A DNA stretch of 56,007 nt from a virus (Duplodnaviria; Caudoviricetes), in IMG/VR virus record IMGVR_UViG_3300042389_001858, positions 1-56,007 of that record; one strand, given 5' to 3'. Positions 55,399 through 56,007 of this stretch are shown here, piece by piece. The notes under the pieces were generated by a model. It ran no database searches. It saw only the letters and a program-made list of their open reading frames with translations, and was not told where the DNA came from. A program made the position numbers and the translations under genes. Numbering within the stretch: position 1 is the first letter of the stretch; every line of letters starts with the position of its first letter.

Positions 55399-55862
55399 TT
55401 CCGCTCATCGATCGCGAGGAGGAAATTGTGCTGGGGCACATTGAGCTTGCGGAGTCTGGGCTATCCTCGCGCCTGCCGAACGACCATGAAAAGTTAGAGG
55501 CCGCGTTGGATTTTGAGTCTACGGGGCGGCGCCAAACGGCAGCAAAGGCGCTCGGGCTGATGGCGCGAGGTTCTCATGTGAGCGGGTTCGTGCTGCGCCC
55601 CGACGACGGGCTCTCCGATGTGGCAATAGTGGCAAACGGGGCGGTGCGGTTTTTGCCTCCCGCCGAGATGGAGTGGCTGATGCACGGTCCGCGCGTATCG
55701 ATCATGGTGGGAGATGAGGAGCGCCTAACGCGATTGGAAAAAGTCGCGGAGGCAGCAAGGGCCGTTGTCGAGCGTTGGGATTTGCCTTCGTGGAAGGACT
55801 CCGAGCCGACGGCGGCGGTTATTTACAGGCTGCGAGACGCTTTGGATATGGAGGTGAAATGA
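55395..55862 (+). CDS. Hypothetical protein
   Basis: GGAGG SD and ATGA coupling. Confidence 0.65.
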   Translation: MIPLIDREEEIVLGHIELAESGLSSRLPNDHEKLEAALDFESTGRRQTAAKALGLMARGSHVSGFVLRPDDGLSDVAIVANGAVRFLPPAEMEWLMHGPRVSIMVGDEERLTRLEKVAEAARAVVERWDLPSWKDSEPTAAVIYRLRDALDMEVK

Positions 55863-56007
55863 GAACGAATACGGAAACTCTGGCGCAGGCGTTGGACATT
55901 CTGGCCCGCGATATTGAAAGCCCGGATGGAGTGGCAAACGCCGCCATTCGCGAGGCTGCGGAGCGGTTGCGGGAAATGAGATACGAGGAATTGGAACAGG
56001 CGGTCGT
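55859..56007 (+). CDS. Hypothetical protein (truncated by window end)
   Basis: GGAGG SD and ATGA coupling; MRTNTETLAQALDILARDIESPDGVANAAIREAAERL. Confidence 0.6.
   Translation, partial: MRTNTETLAQALDILARDIESPDGVANAAIREAAERLREMRYEELEQAV

Larger units (their letters stand above)
1..56007 (+). mobile_element. Temperate tailed phage genome segment (non-integrated, attP-bearing form)
   Basis: Gene order is portal, protease/scaffold, capsid, tail, tape measure, fibres, lysis, integrase. attP core has arm repeats on both sides. No host housekeeping genes seen. Confidence 0.95.

Overview
About 56 kb of a temperate, tailed dsDNA phage, probably a siphovirus. The + strand carries a late region: lambda-family portal, prohead protease with a nested scaffold, decoration and major capsid proteins, head-tail and tail genes, tape measure, about 23 kb of Ig/FN3/RCC1/carbohydrate-binding adsorption genes, and a lysis cassette. 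After it come a divergent pair of ribbon-helix-helix regulators, a tyrosine integrase with an intact attP (3' half of tRNA-Asp plus arm repeats) and the first early genes. No terminase is in the window. Three features stand out. (1) About 8 ORFs around the head genes, including a 1291-aa polyprotein, are built from unrelated basic payloads (kinase-like, DUF5872-like, glycine zippers) joined by one recurring tag, [FLM][SAE]A[KR]LR..E[FL] / LRELAARS..E[FL]. A short form of the tag also occurs in the protease/scaffold, suggesting a protease-processed capsid cargo system. (2) A GTTGAC-N15-18-start motif precedes at least 15 late starts, two of them internal, mostly without a Shine-Dalgarno sequence, and an initiator-like tRNA-Met follows the capsid gene. 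(3) A compact multibranch RNA structure with GNRA loops lies at 4676-4835. All family calls come from motif recognition by eye; no database searches were run.
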